In this document: positions 28,005 to 36,804 of the stretch, in pieces
Layout of the letters: each line of letters starts with the position of its first letter
Position numbering within the stretch: the stretch's first letter is position 1
Assembly (NCBI GenBank): GCA_003649205.1
Contig: QMRC01000003.1
Span: forward strand, 81,048-145,047
Source of the DNA: Thermoprotei archaeon
GTDB taxonomy: Archaea; Thermoproteota; Thermoprotei; Thermoproteales; B15-G16
DNA: 64,000 bases
Direction of reading: 5' to 3'
Translations under genes and position numbers: made by a program
The notes under the pieces: model-generated
What the model saw: the letters and a program-made list of their open reading frames with translations, nothing else
Databases searched by the model: none
Told to the model about the DNA's origin: nothing

Positions 28005-28027
28005 AAATTAGTACTTCGTGATAACTC

Positions 28028-28579
28028 ATGATCAAGATATACGTCCTAGATTGGAGGCATTGTGATCCAGGTAAGTGCACAGGGATTAAGTTAGCGAGGA
28101 AAGGTCTAGCAGAGCGAGTATTCTCGGTACATGATTACCCTCCGAGAGCTATAGTACTCAATCCATATGCTAGGACTGTGTTGACGCCAAGTGATGTATC
28201 TATAGCTGAGAAGTACGGTATTGTTGTAGTTGATTGCTCCTGGAAAAGAGCAGAAGAGGTGTTTAAGAGAAGGTTGAGAGGTGTGCATAGGAGGTTGCCG
28301 CTCCTCTTCGCTGCTAATCCGGTGAACTACGCTAAACCGTATAGGCTCAGTAGTGTTGAGGCTATTGCAGCTGCTCTCTACATTCTTGGGTATAGAGAGC
28401 TCGCTGAGAGAGTGCTGTCGTTGTTTAAGTGGGGTCTTCACTTCATTGAGTTGAATAGGGAGTTACTAGATGAGTATGCTCGTGGTAACTTAAGTGCTGA
28501 GGATGAGATTCTGAAGAAATTGATGTCTGTAGATCGTAGTGGAGATTATGGAGAGATTGAGGATTCACATAGGTCTTGA
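28028..28579 (+). CDS. tsr3: 16S rRNA aminocarboxypropyltransferase Tsr3 (DUF367)
   Basis: IYVLDWRHCDPGKCTGIKLARKGL, VVVDCSW and LLFAANPVNYAKPYRLSSVEAIAAALYILG match the Tsr3 family pattern. Confidence 0.8.
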   Translation: MIKIYVLDWRHCDPGKCTGIKLARKGLAERVFSVHDYPPRAIVLNPYARTVLTPSDVSIAEKYGIVVVDCSWKRAEEVFKRRLRGVHRRLPLLFAANPVNYAKPYRLSSVEAIAAALYILGYRELAERVLSLFKWGLHFIELNRELLDEYARGNLSAEDEILKKLMSVDRSGDYGEIEDSHRS

Positions 28580-29894
28580 TGATACTGATTCTCCTAGAGC
28601 TGGTTGTACGACCTATGTAGCTCTCAATTTATGTCGTAGGTTAGTGGATATTGGCGTTGTATTTGCTGAGGTTCCTAGGTTAGTTAGGTTGAATCCGAAT
28701 ATTCCTTGGAAGACTAGAGGTAATGGTGCTGTTGCTCTTACGGTAGAGGTTGAGCCAGGTGATCTCGATAGGGTAGTTGATGTTGTTGATGGGGCTCTTC
28801 GCGAGTTCTCGGATGTTGAACATGGTAAGTCTGCTCCTACTGCTGTTCTCATTCCCGATCCAGTTCCTGAGGATGTTAAGTGGTTATACCGTAGGGCGCT
28901 GTACACTGTTGTTCCGCTTAGTGTTGTTGAGAGGATCTTGAGTAGAGTTCCTATACGTGTTGTATCCGTCAAGAGGGGTAAGTTGAGAGGGTTAATCGGT
29001 GCTTTAGCTGCTGTTGGTGCGTACGATATGGAGGACTTTACCTATGAGTTCCTTGTATACCGTAGTCCTGAGAATTGGGGTCTTGAGAGGAAAGTCGTGT
29101 TTGAGTCTGTTCTCGAGTTTGATGAGGTTACTAAGTTTCTGACGTTCAATAATGTTGATGAGGAGGGTGAAAGAGTGCTGATTACTCCTCATGGTCCTGA
29201 TCCTGTTCTCTATGGTGTTAGAGGTGAGGATCCTCTAGTGCTGATTCACTCCCTGAAGTACATACGTGTTGAGGAGGAGGTATATGGTTGGTGTCTCTTT
29301 AGGACTAATCAAGGTACTGATGCTCATCTCTGTAACCTAACTACCTCAGTACATCCCTACGACTCCATTACAGTACGTGGAGTAGTAATTGATGTACCGA
29401 GGGTACTACCTGGATCTCACGTTATTCTCAAGGTAGCTGTAGATGGTCGCGTTGTTGAGTGTTCTGTATATCGGGAGACAGGTATCTTGAGGAGTATGGC
29501 GCTCAAGTTACGTCCAGGTGATGTGGTGTATGTTATGGGTGGTGTGAGACCACTACCTGGTGGTAAGTTGACTTTAAATGTCGAGAAGATCATCGTTGAG
29601 AAGTCTACTCCTAGGGTTGTTGAGGGTAATGTACCATGTCCACGATGTGGTAAGACAATGACCTCTCTTGGTGCTAGAGGTGGTGTTAAGTGTCGTAGAT
29701 GTGGCTTCAGAATCAGCAGCATCAAGATCAAGTCTCTCAATTACGTTGGTGATGAGGTATGTGGTACGTGGGTAGCAAGTAAGAGAGCACATAGACACTT
29801 AACTAAGCCACTGGAGCGATCTGGGTTGGAGCACCCGTGGATACACCACTGTCCTGTCGTTAAGTGGTTTTGTATATTAGATAAGGTTTATTAG
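28539..29894 (+). CDS. tiaS: tRNA(Ile2) 2-agmatinylcytidine synthetase TiaS
   Basis: IHIGLDDTDSPRAGCTTYVA N-terminal signature, and a C-terminal zinc ribbon CPRCGKTMTSLGARGGVKCRRCG. The likely start is ATG at 28548. Confidence 0.8.
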   Translation: MEIMERLRIHIGLDDTDSPRAGCTTYVALNLCRRLVDIGVVFAEVPRLVRLNPNIPWKTRGNGAVALTVEVEPGDLDRVVDVVDGALREFSDVEHGKSAPTAVLIPDPVPEDVKWLYRRALYTVVPLSVVERILSRVPIRVVSVKRGKLRGLIGALAAVGAYDMEDFTYEFLVYRSPENWGLERKVVFESVLEFDEVTKFLTFNNVDEEGERVLITPHGPDPVLYGVRGEDPLVLIHSLKYIRVEEEVYGWCLFRTNQGTDAHLCNLTTSVHPYDSITVRGVVIDVPRVLPGSHVILKVAVDGRVVECSVYRETGILRSMALKLRPGDVVYVMGGVRPLPGGKLTLNVEKIIVEKSTPRVVEGNVPCPRCGKTMTSLGARGGVKCRRCGFRISSIKIKSLNYVGDEVCGTWVASKRAHRHLTKPLERSGLEHPWIHHCPVVKWFCILDKVY

Positions 29895-29938
29895 GTACTC
29901 ACATTACGACATTGAGCAAGCTCTGAAGGGTAACTGCG

Positions 29939-31204
29939 ATGGTTAAGCTAAAGATACTTGGTTCAGGTAGGGAAGTCGGTAGAACAGCTATACTACTTGA
30001 GTCACGTAGTGGTGAGAAGCTACTTCTCGACTACGGTGTTGGCTTTGACGAAAATGATAGACCAGTATTTCCACTGCACGTAGCACCAAAAGAGCTAAAA
30101 GGTATTGTACTATCTCATGCTCACCTCGATCACTGTGGTGCAATACCACTACTCTACACAACGTACTCACTACCACTCTATACCACGAGCTTAACTGCAG
30201 AATTAAGCAATTTACTACTGAATGACATGTTGAAGATCTCTGGTTACTACCTACCATACGAGGATGTTGAGATAAGAAAAATGATGAGGAACGTACAAGC
30301 TATTGAGTACGGCGAATCACTTGAGCTAGGTAGTTTCCGCATAACCTTCCTAAATGCTGGTCACATACCAGGTAGCATAATGACTGTGATAGAGGTCGAT
30401 GACAAGAGGATACTGTACACAGGAGACTTCAACACGGTATCGACGGAATTGCTCAGGGGTGCAGATGTGTACAGTGTAGGGAAGGTAGATGTCGTGATCA
30501 TGGAGGCAACGTACGCACTCTACAATCATCCAAGGAGGGAAGATGTGAGGAGAAAGTTCGTTAGAACAGTGCTGGAGGTCCTTAATGAAGGTGGTAAGGT
30601 ACTGGTACCAGCATTCTCCGTAGGTAGAGCACAAGAGATAATGTTTGTGTGTGCTGAAGAGATCCCAGAGTACCCGATATACGTCGATGGAATGGCTAGG
30701 CAAGCTGCGGAGATTCTAGCTAAGTACCCACGATATCTTAGGGACTACAGGAGATATATGGATGTGCTTGAGAGAGTTGAGCAGGTTAACGGATGGGATA
30801 TGAGGAAGAGGATACTCAAGAAACCCTGCGTAATAATATCACCAGCAGGTATGCTCAAAGGTGGTGCAGCACTATTCTACCTAAAGAAGCTGTACAGTGA
30901 TCCACGTAATGCAGTAATCTTCGTTAGTTACCAATCACCTACTACACCTGGCTTCAGAATACTTGAGGAAGGTACCTTTGAGCTAGGTGCTGAGAAGCTT
31001 AGAGTAGAGGCTAGAGTGGAGTGGTTTGACTTCTCATCACATTGCGGTAGAAGGGAACTAATTAATTTCGTTAAGAGATTTAGTGATGCTAAGATCGTGC
31101 TGGTACATACAGAGCCTGAAGGTGGTGTGAAGTTTGCTGAGTACCTCAGGGAAATGAACTTCGATGTGGAGGTACCAGAGATAGGCCACGAAGAAGATTT
31201 ATAA
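29939..31204 (+). CDS. Beta-CASP family MBL ribonuclease (aCPSF2-like, no KH domains)
   Basis: SHAHLDHCGA (HxHxDH), GHIPGS, MEATYA and a C-terminal HTEP. 421 aa, typical of the short archaeal CPSF group. Confidence 0.8.
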   Translation: MVKLKILGSGREVGRTAILLESRSGEKLLLDYGVGFDENDRPVFPLHVAPKELKGIVLSHAHLDHCGAIPLLYTTYSLPLYTTSLTAELSNLLLNDMLKISGYYLPYEDVEIRKMMRNVQAIEYGESLELGSFRITFLNAGHIPGSIMTVIEVDDKRILYTGDFNTVSTELLRGADVYSVGKVDVVIMEATYALYNHPRREDVRRKFVRTVLEVLNEGGKVLVPAFSVGRAQEIMFVCAEEIPEYPIYVDGMARQAAEILAKYPRYLRDYRRYMDVLERVEQVNGWDMRKRILKKPCVIISPAGMLKGGAALFYLKKLYSDPRNAVIFVSYQSPTTPGFRILEEGTFELGAEKLRVEARVEWFDFSSHCGRRELINFVKRFSDAKIVLVHTEPEGGVKFAEYLREMNFDVEVPEIGHEEDL

Positions 31205-31235
31205 TTCAGTACCCTAGAGGTCGTGGTTAGGGATT

Positions 31236-31442
31236 ATGCCGAAGGAAATATTCAATATTGATGAGTTCATTAGATTAGCTCAGTACGCAAGGGAATGCCG
31301 TGTTAAGAGACTTGAGGATGAGGGTATAGTTAAGCTTAAGCTCAGATTGAAGAGGTACCTCTATACAATTAAGCTAGACCCAAAGACTGCTGAAGAGATA
31401 TTGAAGAAGATAAAGGATAAGTGCCCAGTTAGAGAAGTCTAG
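31236..31442 (+). CDS. rpl38e: Large-subunit ribosomal protein eL38
   Basis: MPKEIFNIDEFIRLAQ...VKLKLRLKRYLYTIKLDPKTAEEILK parallels eukaryotic eL38 (MPRKIEEIKDFL...FKVRCSRYLYTLVI...KAEKLKQ). Confidence 0.8.
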   Translation: MPKEIFNIDEFIRLAQYARECRVKRLEDEGIVKLKLRLKRYLYTIKLDPKTAEEILKKIKDKCPVREV

Positions 31443-32170
31443 CAAGTACCGTACCTGAGAACCAAACCCGTAAAACCTACTCTGTACGAAGGTAGTTTCT
31501 CACGGAAGTACTCAGTAGCTACATCACCGGTACAATGAATAGCGTAGACCTCATCAATACTATACTGCTCAAACGTATTCACTACCTTTCTCAACCTATC
31601 TTCAGATGCATCGAGTAGGTGCATACCACCAATAACAACTCTAAGCCTTTTTGCAATCCCATGTGCAGTCTCAACAATACGTTCAATACCTGGATGTGAG
31701 CAACCTACAAGCAGTACACCACCGAAGTTCTTGACAGTGACTACCATAGATAGCTCATCAATGAAGTTCCCCAACAGGAATACAGTAGTACCTTGAGCAA
31801 CTTCAGTACGTGAATCAACTCTGGTAACTATAAATCCATGTCTTTGCAGCCATTCGCCTAGATCGATTGCTGATGATGGGATGAATACGTTGCACCTAGT
31901 ACCGGACTCAGCTAAGTATCTTAAACCACCGACGTGATCCCAATGGTCGTGAGAGATAACTATGAAGCTTAGTGACTTAGGATCGATACCGAGGACATCC
32001 ATGTTGTGCTGAAGGGTATAGGGGTCGGGACCTGTATCGAAGAGCCCTACGTAGCTATCTGTCTTCAATAGTATGGAAAGACCCCATGCAGAGCGTAATT
32101 CCTCACGTCCTGGAGTGTTATCGACTAGAACTAGTAGCTCTAGTGACTTAACACCATTTAGCTCTCCCAT
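31439..32170 (-). CDS. MBL-fold metallo-hydrolase (COG1237-type), paralogue of 12929-13657
   Basis: VISHDHWDHVGGL, GCSHPGIERIVE, IHCTG. Collinear similarity to the other copy along its full length. Confidence 0.7.
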   Translation of the reverse strand: MGELNGVKSLELLVLVDNTPGREELRSAWGLSILLKTDSYVGLFDTGPDPYTLQHNMDVLGIDPKSLSFIVISHDHWDHVGGLRYLAESGTRCNVFIPSSAIDLGEWLQRHGFIVTRVDSRTEVAQGTTVFLLGNFIDELSMVVTVKNFGGVLLVGCSHPGIERIVETAHGIAKRLRVVIGGMHLLDASEDRLRKVVNTFEQYSIDEVYAIHCTGDVATEYFREKLPSYRVGFTGLVLRYGTC

Positions 32171-32266
32171 AGTCTAGTGAACTGTGGCTAAGTCTAAAAA
32201 CCTTAGCCTAATAGGGATTGGTAAGTTAGTACGTTTTTAAGCTGAAGTAGAGCTAATGAACGTGAA

Positions 32267-33985
32267 ATGGTTGGGAAGTTAGTTGAGAAGGTAGTTATAA
32301 TCGATGGTTATGTGGATACTCCAGCAGGACTTGGTGTACCACCGTACCTAGATGTCTTCCCAAGGTATGTAGCAGGAGCTGTATGGTCAGTAAATCCCTC
32401 TGCACAGGTACTGTACTTCACCGTTGACTACGTTAGGGCACACTTCAGTGAGGTCATGAAGATATGCAATGAATCAGATCTAGTGGTGTTCATAGCTGGT
32501 GTCATAGTTCCAGGTAAGTACTTAGGTGGCGAACCAATTAAGGAAGAGGAATTAACTCTATGGCCACAGTTAATGAGGAAGCCTATTAAGGTTCTCGGTG
32601 GTCCTGTTGCTAGGTTTGGTCTTGGTGGTGTTGGTGGTGAAATAGCTACTCCACCAGAGTACTTCAGTAAGTACTTTGACTTAGTGGTTCCAGGTGATAT
32701 CGAGGTTGTTGTGCATGACCTAGTTAGGGAGGGTCTTAGAGTTGATTACGTTGATCCACATAGGTTGAGGGAGAGCTATCGAGAAATACGTGAATTCGCT
32801 ATCAAGGGTGCGAGGATAGTTACTCAGCACCCGAACTATGGTAAGAACCTGATTTGTGAGATCGAGACATATAGAGGGTGTCCAAGGTACATAACTGGCG
32901 GCTGTTCATTCTGTATTGAACCACTTTGGGGTTGTGTTAAGTTTAGAGATGTAGAGGATGTTGTTGAGGAAATTAGAGCACTGTACGAATGGGGTGTTAG
33001 GTGCTTTAGGATTGGTCGGCAACCAGATCTCTACGCTTACTGGGCTAAGGATACAGGCGTTGAGGAGTTCCCTAAACCTAGACCTGAAGTTATTGAGAGA
33101 TTATTTCGTGGTATAAGGAATGTTGCTCCAGAACTCGAGACTCTACACATAGATAATGTTAATCCGGGTACAGTCTATCATCATCCAAGAGAAGCGAGAG
33201 AAATAACCAAGATAATAATCAAGTACCACACACCAGGTGATGTAGCTGCCTTCGGTATTGAGAGTGCTGACCCAAGAGTTGTTAGGTTGAATAACCTTAA
33301 GGTAATGCCCGATGAAGCTCTTGAGGCAATTAGGATAATATGTGAAGTTGGTTCTGTACGTGGTTGGAATGGGTTACCTGAACTACTACCTGGAGTAAAC
33401 TTCGTCTGTGGATTAATAGGTGAAACAAAAGAAACGTACTACCTCAACTACATATTCCTAAAGAAGGTACTTGAGCTAGGTTACCTCATTAGGAGAGTAA
33501 ACATTAGACAGGTACTCGTACTACCGTGTACTCGAATGGCTAGCGTAGGTACCTCAATAATTAGGAGACATTGGAACTACTTTCAAAGCTTCAAGAGGAA
33601 GGTACGTAAGGAAATAGACTTACCCATGCTCAGGAAAGTAGTTCCCAAGGGTACCGTACTGAAGAGAGCATTTACAGAAGCTCACTACGGTGGTGGTACA
33701 TATGCTAGACAAGTAGGCACATACCCCCTACTCATATGGTGTCCCATGAGGTTAGAGCTAGGTAAGTACATGGACTTCCTAGTGGTTGACCATGGATTTA
33801 GATCTGTAGTTGCTGTACCGTACCCCCTTGACGTGAATTCAGCTCCCCTCAAGGTACTGAAGCTGATTCCAGGTATGACTGAAGACAAGGTAAGGAAGAT
33901 CATGAGGATGAGACCATTTAAATCGGTAAGTGAGCTAAGTGAAGTAGTTGGCGAATTAGCTAAGTACTTTACGGTCAAAAACTAG
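32267..33985 (+). CDS. Radical SAM enzyme with a C-terminal helix-hairpin-helix region (COG1031-like)
   Basis: Cys cluster YRGCPRYITGGCSFC, a Rossmann-like N-terminal domain and a C-terminal tail PFKSVSELSEVVGELAKYF. 572 aa. Confidence 0.65.
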   Translation: MVGKLVEKVVIIDGYVDTPAGLGVPPYLDVFPRYVAGAVWSVNPSAQVLYFTVDYVRAHFSEVMKICNESDLVVFIAGVIVPGKYLGGEPIKEEELTLWPQLMRKPIKVLGGPVARFGLGGVGGEIATPPEYFSKYFDLVVPGDIEVVVHDLVREGLRVDYVDPHRLRESYREIREFAIKGARIVTQHPNYGKNLICEIETYRGCPRYITGGCSFCIEPLWGCVKFRDVEDVVEEIRALYEWGVRCFRIGRQPDLYAYWAKDTGVEEFPKPRPEVIERLFRGIRNVAPELETLHIDNVNPGTVYHHPREAREITKIIIKYHTPGDVAAFGIESADPRVVRLNNLKVMPDEALEAIRIICEVGSVRGWNGLPELLPGVNFVCGLIGETKETYYLNYIFLKKVLELGYLIRRVNIRQVLVLPCTRMASVGTSIIRRHWNYFQSFKRKVRKEIDLPMLRKVVPKGTVLKRAFTEAHYGGGTYARQVGTYPLLIWCPMRLELGKYMDFLVVDHGFRSVVAVPYPLDVNSAPLKVLKLIPGMTEDKVRKIMRMRPFKSVSELSEVVGELAKYFTVKN

Positions 33986-34269
33986 ATCCATACAAATACT
34001 TTTAGCAGAGACACCAAGAGAGCAACCACTAGAAAGGTTACTAATGACCAGAAACCGCTCTTAGTGAAGACGTAAACTAGGAACGCAGCGAATATTGCCG
34101 GCAGCAGTATGATTATCAGCTTGCTCAGTAACAGAAATACGAGTAGAGCGAGTACTATAGCTAGTACGAAGAGTAGTATCATCAGCACGAAATTTACTAC
34201 ACCCTTTTGCTCTAGCTTCCTCAGTAAGTACCTTCTGTAGTGTAGTGCTAGAAGGTATCTGGTTTGCAT
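33982..34269 (-). CDS. Small hypothetical membrane protein
   Basis: 95 aa with two or three hydrophobic helices. It overlaps the upstream gene's stop. Confidence 0.35.
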   Translation of the reverse strand: MQTRYLLALHYRRYLLRKLEQKGVVNFVLMILLFVLAIVLALLVFLLLSKLIIILLPAIFAAFLVYVFTKSGFWSLVTFLVVALLVSLLKVFVWI

Positions 34270-34841
34270 ATTATTCTCCTCACTTTTAAGTCAAAGAAGT
34301 TGCTCGTAGTAGCTGGTTTTATGTGTAGTGCTGTGTCTGCACCGTGACCTGTACCAGCAATAGCAATAACATCTTCATCCAGTGGTATTAGACCTGCATC
34401 TGCAGCCATCAATGTTATCTCAATAGCCACCTTAACACCTTCTCCGAATAATCTCCTCAGAGCTAAAGCTATCAACTCAACGGGTAGCCAAATATTGAGA
34501 GCTTGCCTAATACCTCTCTCAACACCAGCAAAAGCATGAACACAGGTTAAGACCTTAGCCCCCCTCCTCTCAAGCTCCCTCCTAACGTCCTCACTCATCT
34601 CTTGATAACCAGGCTTAATGAAACCAGTAGCATGAGTTACGATAACTAGGTTGAAACCTTTAAAGACCTCAGTAGCTAGTAGACCAGTCCTTCCCGTTGT
34701 CGAAGCAACAACCACATTACGAATACCGTACCTCTCTGCGTACTCCTTAGCTACTCTAAGCGTCTTCTCTGTATTTTCAGGACCTGGCCTAGAGAAGTAG
34801 GTTGTCATAATCTCGGTAACAGTACTCACGGAGATCCCCAT
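34248..34841 (-). CDS. Pyruvate kinase C-terminal (alpha/beta) domain-like protein
   Basis: About 197 aa. NVVVASTTGRTGL and AIAGTGHGADTAL resemble the stand-alone archaeal PK_C-like family. Confidence 0.5.
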   Translation of the reverse strand: MGISVSTVTEIMTTYFSRPGPENTEKTLRVAKEYAERYGIRNVVVASTTGRTGLLATEVFKGFNLVIVTHATGFIKPGYQEMSEDVRRELERRGAKVLTCVHAFAGVERGIRQALNIWLPVELIALALRRLFGEGVKVAIEITLMAADAGLIPLDEDVIAIAGTGHGADTALHIKPATTSNFFDLKVRRIICKPDTF

Positions 34842-34887
34842 AGCTCTAACTCGGTGAGGAATAAAAACATCTAGGTAAGTATGTGGG

Positions 34888-34944
34888 AACGGTGATGAGG
34901 GGCCATCTAGCAGATTAGTGAAGAAACCAGCTATCGCTGAAGCC
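34888..34944 (+). ncRNA. Candidate C/D box sRNA
   Basis: C GUGAUGA (34892-34898), 12-nt spacer GGGGCCAUCUAG, D' CAGA (34911-34914), linker UUA, C' GUGAAGA (34918-34924), 12-nt spacer AACCAGCUAUCG, D CUGA (34937-34940). ATAAAAA lies about 25 nt upstream. Confidence 0.6.
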
Positions 34945-35171
34945 TATCAGAGTGTGTGACAGCAATACAGTAACAATACCTAACCGTATGAAAACGTTAA
35001 CTTAATAACTCCCCAAATCTCTAGATCGGTAAGGGTTTTCTGAGTAAGCTACCTGAAGAAATTAGCAGAGAGAGTAGAGACACTAAAACAAAGAGATTCA
35101 TAATCTATGGAATCGAAGAGAAACCACCACTCCTTACAGCACTGTTCCTAGGATTCCAACACTACCTCACA

Positions 35172-36542
35172 ATGTTTGGAGCTACAGTCGCAGTTCCGCT
35201 ACTCCTAGCATCACTAATGGAGCTAACGCCAGAGGATACAGCAAAGCTAGTATGTATTCAATTCTTCTGTGCAGGTATTACTACACTACTGCAAACGTGG
35301 AAAAAGGTAGGTAGTGGGTTACCTATCGTACAAGGATCCTCATTCTCCTTTCTAGGACCTCTAGTAGCTATCATAGCTACCTGTAAGAGCATGGGGATTA
35401 GAGGTAGCGAAATACTACTCTACACAACAGGAGCTATCATAGGTGCTTCATTCTTTGAGATCGTGATTGGGTACAGTGGATTAGCTGGTCTATTGAGAAG
35501 GTACATAACACCTGTATCTATCGGGCCAACGATAATAGTTATTGGGCTCTCACTAGCTGATGTAGGAGCTTCACAGGCAAGTGGTAACTGGGGTCTTGCA
35601 CTACTTACAGTGGTACTCATTGTGCTGTTTAGTCAAGTACTTGGCAGGAGGTACAGGATATTCATGCTGTTCCCAGTAGTACTCGGTGTCATGATCAGCT
35701 ACGTAGTTGCACTACTACTCTCGATAACTGGCTTCCTAAAACCTGGTGATCCAGGGTACGTGAATTTAAGGCCACTCATGGAATTACCTTGGTTAAACAT
35801 ACCGAAGCCATTTCCATGGGGTTTACCTAAGTTCGTACCAGCGTTCATCCTCGGTATGTTAGCTGCTTACGTAGCATCGATGGTTGAGTCTATAGGTGAC
35901 TACCACACAGTATGTAGGGTGAGTGAGGCACCACCACCAGACGAAAAGACAATATCCAAGGGTCTCGGTGCTGAAGGCCTTGGCTGCCTAATTGGTGGTA
36001 TCTTCGGTTGTGCTGGAGGGTACACGAGTTATTCAGAGAACATAGGTGTCATTGGGTTAGTTAGGGTAGCTAGTAGATACGTCATTCAGCTAGGTGCGGT
36101 ATTCATGCTGCTAATGGGGTTCTTCGGTAAGTTCGGAGCACTCATGGCGACAATTCCTAAGCCAATTATTGGAGGTCTATATCTCGTAGTATTCGGTATG
36201 ATAGCTGCTGTAGGAGCTTCGCTGCTTACGCTAATAGACTTGAAATCACCTAGAAACCTACTGATCGTAGGCATGTCACTGTACCTCGGTCTAAGCGTAC
36301 CTATGTGGATGAAAGGTTACAACCCATACGGTGTTAAAGGTAGAGGAGCAATCGTCGCACTGCTACCTCCACAACTAATGTGGTTAGGTGAAATAGTTGA
36401 GATTATACTCGAGACAGGTATGGCCGTTGCAGCTATAGTCGGCATCGTGCTAGATAACCTGATACCAGGAACACCGGAAGAACGAGGATTGACACATCCT
36501 GAATGGTGTGGTAAGGTAATGAACAAGAGAGAGAACAAGTGA
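35172..36542 (+). CDS. NCS2 (xanthine/uracil/ascorbate permease) family transporter; the true 5' end is probably upstream of 35172
   Basis: Polytopic 456 aa protein with GAEGLGCLIGGIFG...YSENIGVIGLV, typical of NCS2. The in-frame upstream sequence encodes GIEEKPPLLTALFLGFQHYLT immediately before the first ATG. Confidence 0.8.
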   Translation: MFGATVAVPLLLASLMELTPEDTAKLVCIQFFCAGITTLLQTWKKVGSGLPIVQGSSFSFLGPLVAIIATCKSMGIRGSEILLYTTGAIIGASFFEIVIGYSGLAGLLRRYITPVSIGPTIIVIGLSLADVGASQASGNWGLALLTVVLIVLFSQVLGRRYRIFMLFPVVLGVMISYVVALLLSITGFLKPGDPGYVNLRPLMELPWLNIPKPFPWGLPKFVPAFILGMLAAYVASMVESIGDYHTVCRVSEAPPPDEKTISKGLGAEGLGCLIGGIFGCAGGYTSYSENIGVIGLVRVASRYVIQLGAVFMLLMGFFGKFGALMATIPKPIIGGLYLVVFGMIAAVGASLLTLIDLKSPRNLLIVGMSLYLGLSVPMWMKGYNPYGVKGRGAIVALLPPQLMWLGEIVEIILETGMAVAAIVGIVLDNLIPGTPEERGLTHPEWCGKVMNKRENK

Positions 36543-36580
36543 GTACTTGTAAGTACTCACAAACCCGGTCTTTTTCTCCT
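36541..36580 (+). terminator. Hairpin plus T-run after the permease stop
   Basis: GAGTACTT-GT-AAGTACTC palindrome starting inside the stop codon (stop 36540-36542), followed by TCTTTTTCTCCTCCTTT. Confidence 0.35.
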
Positions 36581-36618
36581 CCTTTATCCGCTTATTACCT
36601 AGAGAGAAGTAGAGTGTG

Positions 36619-36672
36619 TGTCATCGATGGAGCTAGTCATCACTTTTCAGTGAGCCCCGAGAGCATCATCCA
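36619..36672 (-). ncRNA. Candidate C/D box sRNA (internal boxes canonical, terminal boxes degenerate)
   Basis: Minus strand: C AUGAUGC (36669-36663), 12-nt spacer UCUCGGGGCUCA, D' CUGA (36650-36647), linker AAA, C' GUGAUGA (36643-36637), 12-nt spacer CUAGCUCCAUCG, D AUGA (36624-36621). TTTAAAG-like element about 28 nt upstream. Confidence 0.45.
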
Positions 36673-36804
36673 ACGTGATCAGAATACTATGTCTCTTTAA
36701 ACCTTAGCTACATTCTCTACACTTCGAAGCATCTACATATACCTCACGATCTATGTCGTCGTAAGTTAATTATGGTTCTGGTACTATCTCAAGTGTGAGT
36801 ACCC

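Noticed and set aside
27588-28006. Two minus-strand ORFs (106 and 115 aa) over the GC-rich island
   Set aside because: The region folds and reads as RNase P RNA on the + strand. The ORFs are Pro/Gly/Arg/Ala-rich artefacts of the high GC content.
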